Below are positions 1-9,603 of a stretch of 64,000 nt of DNA, piece by piece. The notes under the pieces were generated by a model. That model had not been told where the DNA came from. It worked only from the letters and a program-made list of their open reading frames with translations, and searched no databases. The stretch is taken from the IMG/VR virus record IMGVR_UViG_3300020048_000104, positions 9,084-73,083 of that record; one strand, given 5' to 3'. The first letter of the stretch is position 1. Each line of letters begins with the position of its first letter. Made by a program: the position numbers and the translations under genes. Origin of the DNA: a virus (Duplodnaviria; Caudoviricetes).

Positions 1-78
1 TTGTTTGTTAAAAACACAAATTCAACTGATGTAAGGGTTTCAGATTTTAATATTAATATTTCAAAAATAGCTAGTTAA
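1..78 (+). CDS. 3' end of an upstream gene truncated by the window edge
   Basis: Frame 1 is open from base 1 (LFVKNTNSTDVRVSDFNINISKIAS) to TAA at 76-78, just before the next ATG at 90. Confidence 0.4.
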   Translation: MFVKNTNSTDVRVSDFNINISKIAS

Positions 79-89
79 AATAAAATATA

Positions 90-614
90 ATGAATTATAA
101 ATATAAAATAATAACAACTATAAAATACTTACTTGTAATATTAATACTTACTTCTTGTTCAGCATCATACTATTATACAAAAGCTATAAAGAAAGGTATA
201 AGAATAAATACTTTAAAAGATACTATACAAGTACCTTATATAGATTCTATTCCTTATTATATTCCTGGTACTGATTCTTTAATATACATTCCTAAGATAG
301 AATACAGAGATACTGTTATAGATGTATCTAATTTCTTTTTACCTAAAACACGTAAAGAAATAAGATTAGAAAAAACTAAAGTAAGACAGTCAGCAAAAAC
401 AGAAAGAAAATTAATATCTGTTAAAGGTAATATTAAACAGGATTCTATTAAGCAATTTGCTAAAACAGAACGTGTTATAAAAAGACAAGAAAATAAATGT
501 AGAAATAGTTGGTGGAAATTTTGGCTAGGTCTTATCGCTGGTGTTGGAATAACTATTATATTTACAATATTATACAACAAATTACACAGTTTTAAGGCAG
601 TCAATCATGGATGA
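90..614 (+). CDS. Probable unimolecular spanin (u-spanin)
   Basis: N-terminal lipoprotein signal with lipobox (LLVILILTSC), basic periplasmic segment and C-terminal TM helix (WWKFWLGLIAGVGITIIFTILY). It is the first gene of the lysis cluster, with the same topology as T1 gp11-type u-spanins. Confidence 0.65.
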   Translation: MNYKYKIITTIKYLLVILILTSCSASYYYTKAIKKGIRINTLKDTIQVPYIDSIPYYIPGTDSLIYIPKIEYRDTVIDVSNFFLPKTRKEIRLEKTKVRQSAKTERKLISVKGNIKQDSIKQFAKTERVIKRQENKCRNSWWKFWLGLIAGVGITIIFTILYNKLHSFKAVNHG

Positions 615-975
615 AAGATACGTATTCGGAGCAGCATCATTATTATTAGGTATAATTAGTTATTTTTTAAAGATGTCTGTGAACGACTTAAAAAATACAA
701 TTAAAGAATTGAAGATTGACATGGGTGATTTAGAAGATGATCTTATTGTAACCAATACAGAATTAGGAAAAGCTAACGGTAGATTAGCTTTAGTAGAATC
801 ACAGACTAAAAGTGAAATATCTAGTTTGAAAGACCTTACTACACAACAGTTTAAATCAATGGCTGATCAATTAACAAGACTTGAAAGTATTGTAACACAT
901 TCTGATAATCAAGCTAAAACAAATGCTCAATTATTTACATCATTATTAGAAGAATTAACTAAGAAGAAATCATGA
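607..975 (+). CDS. Holin/antiholin-like membrane protein (one N-terminal TM plus coiled coil)
   Basis: Hydrophobic YVFGAASLLLGIISYFL followed by a heptad-rich coiled coil; overlaps both neighbours in the lysis operon. Confidence 0.45.
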   Translation: MDERYVFGAASLLLGIISYFLKMSVNDLKNTIKELKIDMGDLEDDLIVTNTELGKANGRLALVESQTKSEISSLKDLTTQQFKSMADQLTRLESIVTHSDNQAKTNAQLFTSLLEELTKKKS

Positions 976-1295
976 TTGAGCAAATGAAATCTATAGAACA
1001 ACTAACTGTACTTCATTGGTTTCTTGCCTATGGAGGGTTATTAGTTCACATCCTATTAAAACTATCTCAAATCAAAGGTGCTTTTTTAAAAGGTATCACA
1101 CGTAAAGAAGTATTTACATTTATTGCATCAATAGTATCTATTCCTATTATTTTAATAGTTTGTACAGATTCTATGATGAAAGAAGTATTACCAATCAATT
1201 ACGTTACTGCTTTTCTAGCAGGTTATCAAACACAATCATTTATGAGAAGTGTAAGTAAAATAACAAATAACAAAACATCTGATGAGAACAGCTAA
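972..1295 (+). CDS. Putative holin
   Basis: 107 aa with 2-3 hydrophobic segments and a charged C-terminus; ATGA-coupled within the lysis operon. Confidence 0.55.
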   Translation: MIEQMKSIEQLTVLHWFLAYGGLLVHILLKLSQIKGAFLKGITRKEVFTFIASIVSIPIILIVCTDSMMKEVLPINYVTAFLAGYQTQSFMRSVSKITNNKTSDENS

Positions 1296-2205
1296 TATAC
1301 TTTCTATTAATGGAGGAGGAATAAGAGGTTTAATTGCTCTTCAGCAACTTGTACAATTAGAAAAAACAATACCTGTTCCTTTACATGAACACTTCGATTA
1401 TATAGCAGGTACTTCAACAGGTGGTATAATTGCTGTATTCTTATCAATAGGATATACTCCTTCTGAACTATTAGATATTTATCTGAAACATGGAGATAAG
1501 ATATTTGATAAAAGATTCTTACGATTAGGATTACTTAGAACTAAGTACAACGATGAGTATTTTAATAAAGTAATCAATGATTTTGCAAAAGGTAAGTCGT
1601 TAAAAGATTGTAAAACATCTATTGTTATTCCTGCTTATAACGCTACTAAAAAGGAGTTGAAATTATTCAAATCAGATAAAGCAAAAGAAGAAAACAGACA
1701 TAACTATTCTTTATTTGATGTAGTTCGCTCAACAGCTTCAGCTCCTTCTTATTTTAAACCTATTACAATAAGGAACGATTATTATATAGACGGTGGTTTA
1801 GTAGTTAATAATCCTGTTATGATGGTATTCTTAGAAGCTCTTAAAGAAGGCTTTGATACATTCAACATTCTTTCTTTTTCAACAGGAACTATTGAAGAGC
1901 CTTTATCTACATCAATTGCTGAAGGAGGTGCTATAAATTGGGCTAAAGAATCTGTAGACATTCTTCTTACAGAAATGGACCAAACGACACATTATACAAT
2001 GACACAAATATTTGATTTGTTTTCTGTTTTAAATAAGAAAAGATTAGGTATGTACATTAGATGTGATTCTTATATAGAAAAGTCTTCAGGAAAGATTGAT
2101 GATGCTTCTGATGAAAATATATTTAGAATGACTTTAGATGGCTTAATGTCAGCTACTAAGAATAAAGATAAGATGATGACTTATTATTTAAACTCAATTA
2201 AATGA
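1282..2205 (+). CDS. Patatin-like phospholipase
   Basis: Oxyanion loop GGGIRG, nucleophile elbow GTSTG and catalytic DGG are all intact. Confidence 0.9.
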   Translation: MRTANILSINGGGIRGLIALQQLVQLEKTIPVPLHEHFDYIAGTSTGGIIAVFLSIGYTPSELLDIYLKHGDKIFDKRFLRLGLLRTKYNDEYFNKVINDFAKGKSLKDCKTSIVIPAYNATKKELKLFKSDKAKEENRHNYSLFDVVRSTASAPSYFKPITIRNDYYIDGGLVVNNPVMMVFLEALKEGFDTFNILSFSTGTIEEPLSTSIAEGGAINWAKESVDILLTEMDQTTHYTMTQIFDLFSVLNKKRLGMYIRCDSYIEKSSGKIDDASDENIFRMTLDGLMSATKNKDKMMTYYLNSIK

Positions 2206-2822
2206 AAAAAATTATTGAATTTCAAAAAGCTAATGGTCTATTAGATGATGGTATCGTAGGTAAAAAAACATTACTGAAATTAAAAGAAGTATTGAATATT
2301 AAAAGCAATACTCACTTGATACACTTTGTTGCTCAATGCGATCATGAATCAGGAGGATTTAAAGCAGATACTGAAAACTTAAATTATTCAGCTAAAGGAT
2401 TATTCACTACCTTTAGAAAATATTTCGAAGACTATGAGCACTGTTTACAGTACGCTAGACAACCTGAAAGAATAGGATCAAGAGTATATGCAAATAGAAT
2501 GGGTAATGGTAACGAAATGACTAAAGAAGGATTTGTATTCAGAGGTAGAGGTGCTATTCAATTAACAGGAAAGAATAATTATAAAGCATTTGCTGAGTAT
2601 ATTAAAAATCCTAAAATTGTATACGATCCTGCTTTAGTAGCAAAAGAATACTTTTTTGAAAGTGCTTTATTCTTTTTTGATAAGAATAAATTATTTGATA
2701 TGTGTGTAGATATTAAAGAAGACACTGTTAAAAAATTAACAAGAAGAATCAATGGTGGTTTTAATGGATTAGAACATAGACTAGAATTAACTGATAAATA
2801 TTATAAAATACTAAATAGATAA
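2202..2822 (+). CDS. Endolysin: peptidoglycan-binding domain plus GH19 (chitinase-like) lysozyme
   Basis: N-terminal FQKANGLLDDGIVGKKT (PG_binding_1 pattern); GH19 motifs HFVAQCDHESGGF, FRGRGAIQLTGKNNY and TRRINGGFNGLEHR. Confidence 0.9.
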   Translation: MKKIIEFQKANGLLDDGIVGKKTLLKLKEVLNIKSNTHLIHFVAQCDHESGGFKADTENLNYSAKGLFTTFRKYFEDYEHCLQYARQPERIGSRVYANRMGNGNEMTKEGFVFRGRGAIQLTGKNNYKAFAEYIKNPKIVYDPALVAKEYFFESALFFFDKNKLFDMCVDIKEDTVKKLTRRINGGFNGLEHRLELTDKYYKILNR

Positions 2823-2831
2823 TTTAGTTTG

Positions 2832-2839
2832 TATATTTG
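2832..2839 (+). promoter_or_regulatory. Bacteroidota-type -7 promoter element (TAnnTTTG)
   Basis: TATATTTG lies in the short intergenic gap 18 nt upstream of the ATG at 2857; the same TATATTTGTAAA context recurs at 15550. Confidence 0.5.
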
Positions 2840-2856
2840 TAAATAAATAATAATGT

Positions 2857-3555
2857 ATGTTACCATTACAAGACCTTTTTAGTCAATTAGATGAAGCATT
2901 GAATATCAATTCTTCTGATTCTGTATTTACAGATTTATACTACACTGATTTAATTAACGAGCAACGTTCTGTATGGATCAGGAACGAGTATAATAAGAAC
3001 CGTTCGATAGATCCTAATATTCAACAAACAATAGGTGATTTAGAATTAGAATTAGTTGATCCTGTTGCTTGTTGTGTTACTATACCAGGTACTTGTAAAG
3101 TATTAAGGTCTAAGGTAAAATTACCTAATACTATTGAGTTTTACAATTGGAAAGGTATCACATCTGTTGGTCCTGTTGATATTAGTAAGAAAAGATTTAC
3201 AATGATTGATTACGCTAGAGTTCCTTATATAGGTTCTGGTAGAGTAACTAAAAGAAATGTATATACTTTTCTATACGAACAATACTTATATGTAATAAGT
3301 GAAGATCCTGCTGTACTTACTTTAAGACATGTTAATGTAAGAGGATTGTTTGAAGATCCTACAGCTATTGGTGAATTTTGTACTTGTACAGGAATACCTT
3401 GCTGGAATCCTGCTGTAGATACATATCCTATTAATTTATGGATGTGGGCTTATGTTAAAGACATACTTGTACAAATGTTATTACAAAAGAAAACCATACC
3501 ATTAGATGAATCTAATGATAATAAAGATGAAGTGTTAGATGGAACAAAAAAGTAG
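2857..3555 (+). CDS. crAss-like structural protein, probable neck/ring (head-tail connector) protein
   Basis: Position immediately before the IHF-like and tail tubular genes matches crAss-like tail-module synteny; motif VRGLFEDP. Confidence 0.45.
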   Translation: MLPLQDLFSQLDEALNINSSDSVFTDLYYTDLINEQRSVWIRNEYNKNRSIDPNIQQTIGDLELELVDPVACCVTIPGTCKVLRSKVKLPNTIEFYNWKGITSVGPVDISKKRFTMIDYARVPYIGSGRVTKRNVYTFLYEQYLYVISEDPAVLTLRHVNVRGLFEDPTAIGEFCTCTGIPCWNPAVDTYPINLWMWAYVKDILVQMLLQKKTIPLDESNDNKDEVLDGTKK

Positions 3556-4087
3556 CCCTAGTTGGAAAATAAGAGGTAAAAGTAAGGTAACTCAAGATAA
3601 CGGTAAATACTTATTTTATTCTTATTATATAAAAAATACAGTTGGTAAAAAAATACCACGTAAACAGTTTGATGCTTTTATGAATGATATTATAAAATCA
3701 TTAACTGATGCTATGATTAAAGAAGGATTAGAAATAAAGATTCCTGTATTAGGTTCTTTTAGAGTACGTGAGAAAGAAATGAAATTACTTGATAATGATG
3801 GTAATATCAATAAGTATTTAAAAGTAGATTGGAAGAGTAGTTGGGAGTATTGGAGAATGACATATCCTGATTTATCAGATGATGATATTATTAAAATAAA
3901 AGATAAAAAACTAATTCGTTTTGATAATGCACATACAAATCATTACTTTTACAAAATAATATGGGATAAAAGAAGATGTTTATTAAGAAATCAATTTGTA
4001 TATTCTTTTAAACCTACTAGATTATTATTAAAACAATTAGCAGATGTTGTAAAAGACGAAAACAAAACAGTATATTATTATGGATGA
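3539..4087 (+). CDS. IHF/HU-like DNA-binding protein (crAss type)
   Basis: Helix followed by EGLEIKIPVLGSFRVRE, the HU/IHF beta-arm signature; canonical location upstream of tail tubular/stabilisation genes. Confidence 0.7.
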   Translation: MEQKSSPSWKIRGKSKVTQDNGKYLFYSYYIKNTVGKKIPRKQFDAFMNDIIKSLTDAMIKEGLEIKIPVLGSFRVREKEMKLLDNDGNINKYLKVDWKSSWEYWRMTYPDLSDDDIIKIKDKKLIRFDNAHTNHYFYKIIWDKRRCLLRNQFVYSFKPTRLLLKQLADVVKDENKTVYYYG

Positions 4088-4358
4088 AATGAAAAGTATA
4101 AGTGGTAATTCAGATGCTCAAGTAAGTTGGTCTAAAAGAGTAAAGAAAGAAGACGGTTCTGAGATTCGTGTTGATGTTGAAAAAATCAATAATGGTTTCT
4201 TAAAAACTACTACTACAGAAGGTAAAAGTAGTAATGGTGATTGGGAATATAAAACAGAAAAAGAATTTTCAGAAACAAATCCTTTTGAAGAAGATGAAGA
4301 GTCTGAAGAAAAAGAATTATCTTTAGCTGATAAGTTAGAATCATTTTTCAAAAAATAA
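4080..4358 (+). CDS. Small acidic hypothetical protein
   Basis: 92-aa ORF overlapping the upstream gene and in operon orientation. Confidence 0.6.
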   Translation: MDEMKSISGNSDAQVSWSKRVKKEDGSEIRVDVEKINNGFLKTTTTEGKSSNGDWEYKTEKEFSETNPFEEDEESEEKELSLADKLESFFKK

Positions 4359-4361
4359 GCT

Positions 4362-5510
4362 ATGTATTCAGGAAACACAGTATCATACAAAACAATAGTA
4401 AACAAACTCTTTAGAGATTTTCCTTTTGAAGAAAAGTTTAACGATGAGGAATGTTTAGAATGGTTAGCAGAGTTTATGGCTCATGCTAATTCTGGTGTGG
4501 TAATGGAATCCAAAATAGCTTTCTTAGACATAAATGATGGTAGAGGTGATCTACCTTTTGACTTGCATAAAATTAAACAAGTAGCTAGTGTAACTAATGT
4601 TCTTAATGCTGAAGATGCTCTATGTGGAAAAGGACATTTACACCCTATGCGATGGGCTACTGATAATTTTCATAAACGATACCATACAGATACTAGAGAT
4701 TATACATCTCAATCATTACATACTTATACAGTAGGTCAAAACTTTGTATTTCCTTCTTTTACATGTGGTGTATTAGCAATATCTTATGAAGCAATACCTA
4801 CAGACGATGAAGGTTATCCTACTATTCCTGCTGAACAACAATGGTTAGAAGGAGCTACTCATTATATTGCTGCTAAAATAGCTAAAAAGCTATGGTTAAG
4901 AAACGAATTAACTGCTGATAAGTATAGAGAAATTGATAAAGATAGAGATTGGTATTTTGCACAAGCTGTAAATCATTCTAAACAATGGAATGGTGTTGAT
5001 GAAGCAGAGTCATTCAAAAATCAAATGGTGCGTACAATTCCTTCTATTCAGGATCACGCTTCATTTTTTGCTAATATGCAATTACCAGAACAACGTTATT
5101 TTAAAGGTGCTAGTAATACTACAATTTCTTTAAATAACGCAACAGGATTACTTAGTGGTATTCCTAATACTACTACTGTAGGTACAGCTGTAAATGGTAC
5201 ACCTACATCATATCCTACTTTAATAACAGGAATAGCTAGTTCTATAACTCAAACTACAGCAAGTTGTGCTAATCAAATTACTTTTTATGGAGGTAGTGCA
5301 ATTACAGATCATGGTGTTTGTTACGGTACATCTCCTAATCCTACATTGTTAAACAGTGTTGTGAATCTAGGAAACACAGGTGTAGTAGGTGCTTTTGTTA
5401 CATCATTAACAGGACTTACAGCAGGAACATATTACTATGTACGTTCTTTTGTATCAAATGGATTAGGAACTTTTTACGGAAATGAAATAACATTTACAAC
5501 TTTACCTTAA
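4362..5510 (+). CDS. Tail tubular/ring protein (P22 gp4-like, crAss type) with C-terminal FN3-like domain
   Basis: N-terminal ~270 aa has crAss tail-tubular features (LPFDLHKI, YEAIPTDDEGYPTIP). The C-terminal ~100 aa is FN3-like (ITDHGVCYGTSPNPT...LTGLTAGTYYYVRSFVSNGLGTFYGNEITFTT). Confidence 0.7.
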   Translation: MYSGNTVSYKTIVNKLFRDFPFEEKFNDEECLEWLAEFMAHANSGVVMESKIAFLDINDGRGDLPFDLHKIKQVASVTNVLNAEDALCGKGHLHPMRWATDNFHKRYHTDTRDYTSQSLHTYTVGQNFVFPSFTCGVLAISYEAIPTDDEGYPTIPAEQQWLEGATHYIAAKIAKKLWLRNELTADKYREIDKDRDWYFAQAVNHSKQWNGVDEAESFKNQMVRTIPSIQDHASFFANMQLPEQRYFKGASNTTISLNNATGLLSGIPNTTTVGTAVNGTPTSYPTLITGIASSITQTTASCANQITFYGGSAITDHGVCYGTSPNPTLLNSVVNLGNTGVVGAFVTSLTGLTAGTYYYVRSFVSNGLGTFYGNEITFTTLP

Positions 5511-8500
5511 TGAAAGTAGCAGTAAATACATACGGAGGATTGAATCAGGATGCATCTTATGATAGCATACAACCGTCTTTTTATATAGATGCTTTAGATG
5601 TAAGAATTACTACATCAACAGGAGATTCTCAAGGTTCTATTACCAATAAAAAAGGTGAATTATTTTCTTTTACTATTCCTAATAGTGGTAAGATAATAGG
5701 AACTTGTAATATTCGAAATACTATTATTATTTTTACATTACATAGTACAGGAATAACAAGTAGGATTTATAAAATCATATACGATGATGTAGATACTTCT
5801 ATTGTAACAGGTCCTACTTTAGTATATGCTAATAATGACTTGAATTTCAGCGATCTTAATCCTATAGAAGCAGTGGGTAGATTTGAGTCAAATGCTGTTC
5901 AAAGAATTTACTGGACTGATTATAATGAACAATTAAGAACATTGAATATTAATGATCCTAATGTATTAACTACTCCTGTATCATTAATAAATATCAATCC
6001 TAGTATTAAATATCAACAACCTTTACTAACAAGTATTAGTGGAGGTGGTGTATTACCTGTAGGTCTATATCAATGTGCTTATAGACTTATAACTTTTGAT
6101 GGAAAAGAAACATTAATATCTCCTCCTAGTAATATGATACATGTTGTTTCTGATTCAGAAACTGTTGTTAATTCAGCTAGATATACAGGAGAACCTAAAG
6201 GTACTATTACTTCAAAAGCATTAGGTATAACAGTAGACACTACTGATTATTCAGATTATAATAAAATAGAATTTATAATTTTATTTCATGAAGATTTTAA
6301 TGGTGTACCTACTGTTAAGTCTATAGAAACAGTATTGATAAGTGGTCAATCATCAGTATCATTTACTTACACAGGTAATGAAAATTCTACTTATGTTATT
6401 TCTATTGAAGACTTTACGTTAAAAACATATCCTTTTTCTACATGTAAAACACTTGCTCAAGTAGACAGTTCTTTATTAATAGGAAATCTGAAAGCTAGTA
6501 GTTATAGTGTACAAGATTCTTTAGGTCCTGGTGAAACATTCAGTGCTTCTACATTGAGGTATAATTCATTAGGTGAATCTATGGTAGGTAAAACTAACTT
6601 TAGAAAAGTAGGAACTCCTGTTTATACAGCTGATGAAGTAAAGTTCAATACTGCTTATAATGAAGATGCACATTGGGATTCTAGGTGGCATACATTAGGA
6701 CAGTTTAAATATAAATCTAACGGTACTACATTAGGTGGTGAGTCAGTTCCTTCAGGTTTAAATCCTCCTAATGTTAGTTATGAGTTTATATTAGAACCAA
6801 TGATTATAGATCAAGGAGGTGCTAATAATCCAGGTGTGTTAGCTCCTATTCCTTATACTACACATAACTTAAATGATGGATATACCTATACAAATACTAC
6901 ATTTGATTCATACGCTTCTCCTTTTATTAGTGGTTTATTAAAAGGATATAAGCGAGGTGAAACATATAGATTTGGTATTGTGTTTTACCGTAAAGGAGAA
7001 GTATCATTTACTGAGTTCATAGGAGATATTAAATTTCCTGATATTTCAGAAGAATCAGATGCTGTGAATAGTTCTGGAGAATTATATTTTCCTTTGTCTA
7101 AAAACTTATCAGGAACTTCTACTACTGCTTATGCAATGGGTATTCAATTTACAATTGATTTTACATCATGTCCTAGTTTATTAGCAGATATAGATTCTTA
7201 TCAAATAGTAAGAGTAGAAAGAAAAATTGAAGATACTAGACGTATTTCATCAGGAAGTTTAAAAGTCTTCTCAGATGTAAATTTAAACGCTCCTCCTAGT
7301 GGTGGTTGGGATTTACGTATTAATGGTTCATCTAATGTATTACATCTATTTAAAAGAAACAATAGTGGTGATACAAGTAATGGTAGTATTTTATATTTAA
7401 AAGATACTGCTCCTGTTTCAGGAGATCATCATCAAGTAAAAGGATCTTATGTAAGTTATATATCACCAGAATTATCTTACGAATATGATAATATTAAAGA
7501 GTTAATATTAAGTGAATCTAATTCATATTTATTATTAACAGGTACTTATAGTACACCTACAAGTAATCAATATGTTTCTACAAGTACAACAGGTACTGAA
7601 AATTTAGGTACTGTTATAGATGATGTTAATAAATGGGATAATTGCGTAAAAGTAAATTCTAACGTAAATGGTTATGAGTATGTAAAATCTCTAAACGATA
7701 AAAATTATATTAAATTTCAAAATACTTTAGCATCAGCTTATGAAACAGATGTAAATACAATTACTCCTTTAATAAATGGTACTTATTATTTAAGAAATTA
7801 CTATGCTGAATGTATAGATTCATCAGATATGAACAATTGTAATGGTAATGGTAGTTTTTCTAAAGGTGCTCAATCTATATTAGGAAGACTTGCTAAAATA
7901 CAATACGATCCAATTACAGGAGTTGATTTATCAACAACAGGTACAATATCATCAACTGATTATTTTATAGTAAGTGCTCCTTTACCTGCATTATCATTAG
8001 GTAATACTAAAGCCATATTAGATATATTAGTTCCTCGTATTGAAGTGTACGGAGGATATTCTGATTCAGCTTTAGAAAATAATATATTTATTGCATCATC
8101 ACCTGTTATTAACAAATCAAATACTAATCCTAAAGTATTTGGAGGAGATATGTTTATCAATACGTTTATACACCAAGCAGGTTCTACTGTTAATAGTTCT
8201 TTGTATTTTCAAAACGCAGCTCAACCAGCTCAAGAAATAGGTCAAAATATGTCAATGACAAATATATACCCTATTGAAACTACTATCAACTTAGATTTGA
8301 ATTACGGTGCTGATTTAAAAAGAGGTGTTAGATATGATGTTCCTGGAGGATCAGGAGGTGTAAAAGCTAAGCGATACAGACAAGAATCAAATAATTACGA
8401 TACAACGTATGGTAAGAGTAATGATATGTATAAATACAATCCTGTTTATTCAGAAGAATCTACAGATGTTGTATATGTAACAAAACCTACTTCTTTTGTA

Positions 8501-9601
8501 GGTAGTATAGTAAACGATGTTAGAACAATGATTTCCAATGTTAAAATTAACAATGAGGAAATAGATTCATGGACTAAATTTCTTACTAACAATTACTATG
8601 ATGTAGACGATCATGGTCCTATTAATAAATTATTGAAATGGAATAATAATGTTTATTATTTTCAAGATACAGCAGTAGGTGTATTAATTGTTAATCCTAT
8701 TTCTGTAGTAACTGGTTCGTCTGGTATTCCTACTAATTTAGGTACAGGAGAAGGAATTATTAAACACCAATACTTATCTACTACTAATGGTTCTATTCAT
8801 CAATGGGGAATAAAAGAAACTGACTCAGGTATTTATTATTTTGATGCTATTTCTAAAAAGATGTTTGTAATAGGACAAGGTAATTCTCCGTTATCAGAAA
8901 TAAAAGGAATGCATAGTTTCTTTAATAATTTATCAGGTGATATGTTTTTAAAGAAAGAAAATGGAGGTGATAATCCTATTGTTAGTAAAGGAGTTGTTAT
9001 AGGTAGAGATGTTATAAATGATGAAGTATTAATAACATTAAAAGGTATTATAGAAGGAGATTCTTCTATTTCTAAAACATTAGTATATGATGAATTAATA
9101 CAACAATTTTCATCAAGATATTCATCTACTCCTTATATATACATAGCTAATAAGAATGTATTATTATCACCTGGTGCAAATAATAGTTCTATTTATTTAC
9201 ATAACGAAGGATCGTATGGTAGTAGTTATGGTACTATAAAAGAATGTTATATTAAGTTAGTAGTAAATCAAGAAGCTGATTTAAACAAAGTGATAAGATT
9301 TATAGAATTTAATTCTATATCAAGAGATACCTCAAAAGTTATAGATAGAACAGAAACAATAACAGCTTTCCAAATAGACACAGAAGAACAGTCAACAGGT
9401 AAGATTGCTTTCTCCACAGATAGATTTAGACGAAAATTTAACAAATGGAGATTAAAGATACCTAGAGATCAAAATTCAGTTTCTAAACAAGGTAGGTTGA
9501 GAAATACATATTTTATTGTAACTTTATATTTTGATAATAGTTCTGGAAATGAATTAATATTGAATAGATTGTTAACGTATTACGATACTCAAATGTTTTA
9601 A
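5510..9601 (+). CDS. Tail stabilisation / muzzle protein (P22 gp10-like, crAss type)
   Basis: 1363 aa, beta-rich; motifs GGLNQD, RIYWTD and KGYKRGETYRFGIVFY; follows the tail tubular gene as in crAss-like phages. Confidence 0.75.
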   Translation: MKVAVNTYGGLNQDASYDSIQPSFYIDALDVRITTSTGDSQGSITNKKGELFSFTIPNSGKIIGTCNIRNTIIIFTLHSTGITSRIYKIIYDDVDTSIVTGPTLVYANNDLNFSDLNPIEAVGRFESNAVQRIYWTDYNEQLRTLNINDPNVLTTPVSLININPSIKYQQPLLTSISGGGVLPVGLYQCAYRLITFDGKETLISPPSNMIHVVSDSETVVNSARYTGEPKGTITSKALGITVDTTDYSDYNKIEFIILFHEDFNGVPTVKSIETVLISGQSSVSFTYTGNENSTYVISIEDFTLKTYPFSTCKTLAQVDSSLLIGNLKASSYSVQDSLGPGETFSASTLRYNSLGESMVGKTNFRKVGTPVYTADEVKFNTAYNEDAHWDSRWHTLGQFKYKSNGTTLGGESVPSGLNPPNVSYEFILEPMIIDQGGANNPGVLAPIPYTTHNLNDGYTYTNTTFDSYASPFISGLLKGYKRGETYRFGIVFYRKGEVSFTEFIGDIKFPDISEESDAVNSSGELYFPLSKNLSGTSTTAYAMGIQFTIDFTSCPSLLADIDSYQIVRVERKIEDTRRISSGSLKVFSDVNLNAPPSGGWDLRINGSSNVLHLFKRNNSGDTSNGSILYLKDTAPVSGDHHQVKGSYVSYISPELSYEYDNIKELILSESNSYLLLTGTYSTPTSNQYVSTSTTGTENLGTVIDDVNKWDNCVKVNSNVNGYEYVKSLNDKNYIKFQNTLASAYETDVNTITPLINGTYYLRNYYAECIDSSDMNNCNGNGSFSKGAQSILGRLAKIQYDPITGVDLSTTGTISSTDYFIVSAPLPALSLGNTKAILDILVPRIEVYGGYSDSALENNIFIASSPVINKSNTNPKVFGGDMFINTFIHQAGSTVNSSLYFQNAAQPAQEIGQNMSMTNIYPIETTINLDLNYGADLKRGVRYDVPGGSGGVKAKRYRQESNNYDTTYGKSNDMYKYNPVYSEESTDVVYVTKPTSFVGSIVNDVRTMISNVKINNEEIDSWTKFLTNNYYDVDDHGPINKLLKWNNNVYYFQDTAVGVLIVNPISVVTGSSGIPTNLGTGEGIIKHQYLSTTNGSIHQWGIKETDSGIYYFDAISKKMFVIGQGNSPLSEIKGMHSFFNNLSGDMFLKKENGGDNPIVSKGVVIGRDVINDEVLITLKGIIEGDSSISKTLVYDELIQQFSSRYSSTPYIYIANKNVLLSPGANNSSIYLHNEGSYGSSYGTIKECYIKLVVNQEADLNKVIRFIEFNSISRDTSKVIDRTETITAFQIDTEEQSTGKIAFSTDRFRRKFNKWRLKIPRDQNSVSKQGRLRNTYFIVTLYFDNSSGNELILNRLLTYYDTQMF

Positions 9602-9603
9602 TT

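Noticed and set aside
1282-2205. CBASS system (CapV-like effector)
   Set aside because: No CD-NTase or Cap2/3 genes nearby; the context is a lysis operon.
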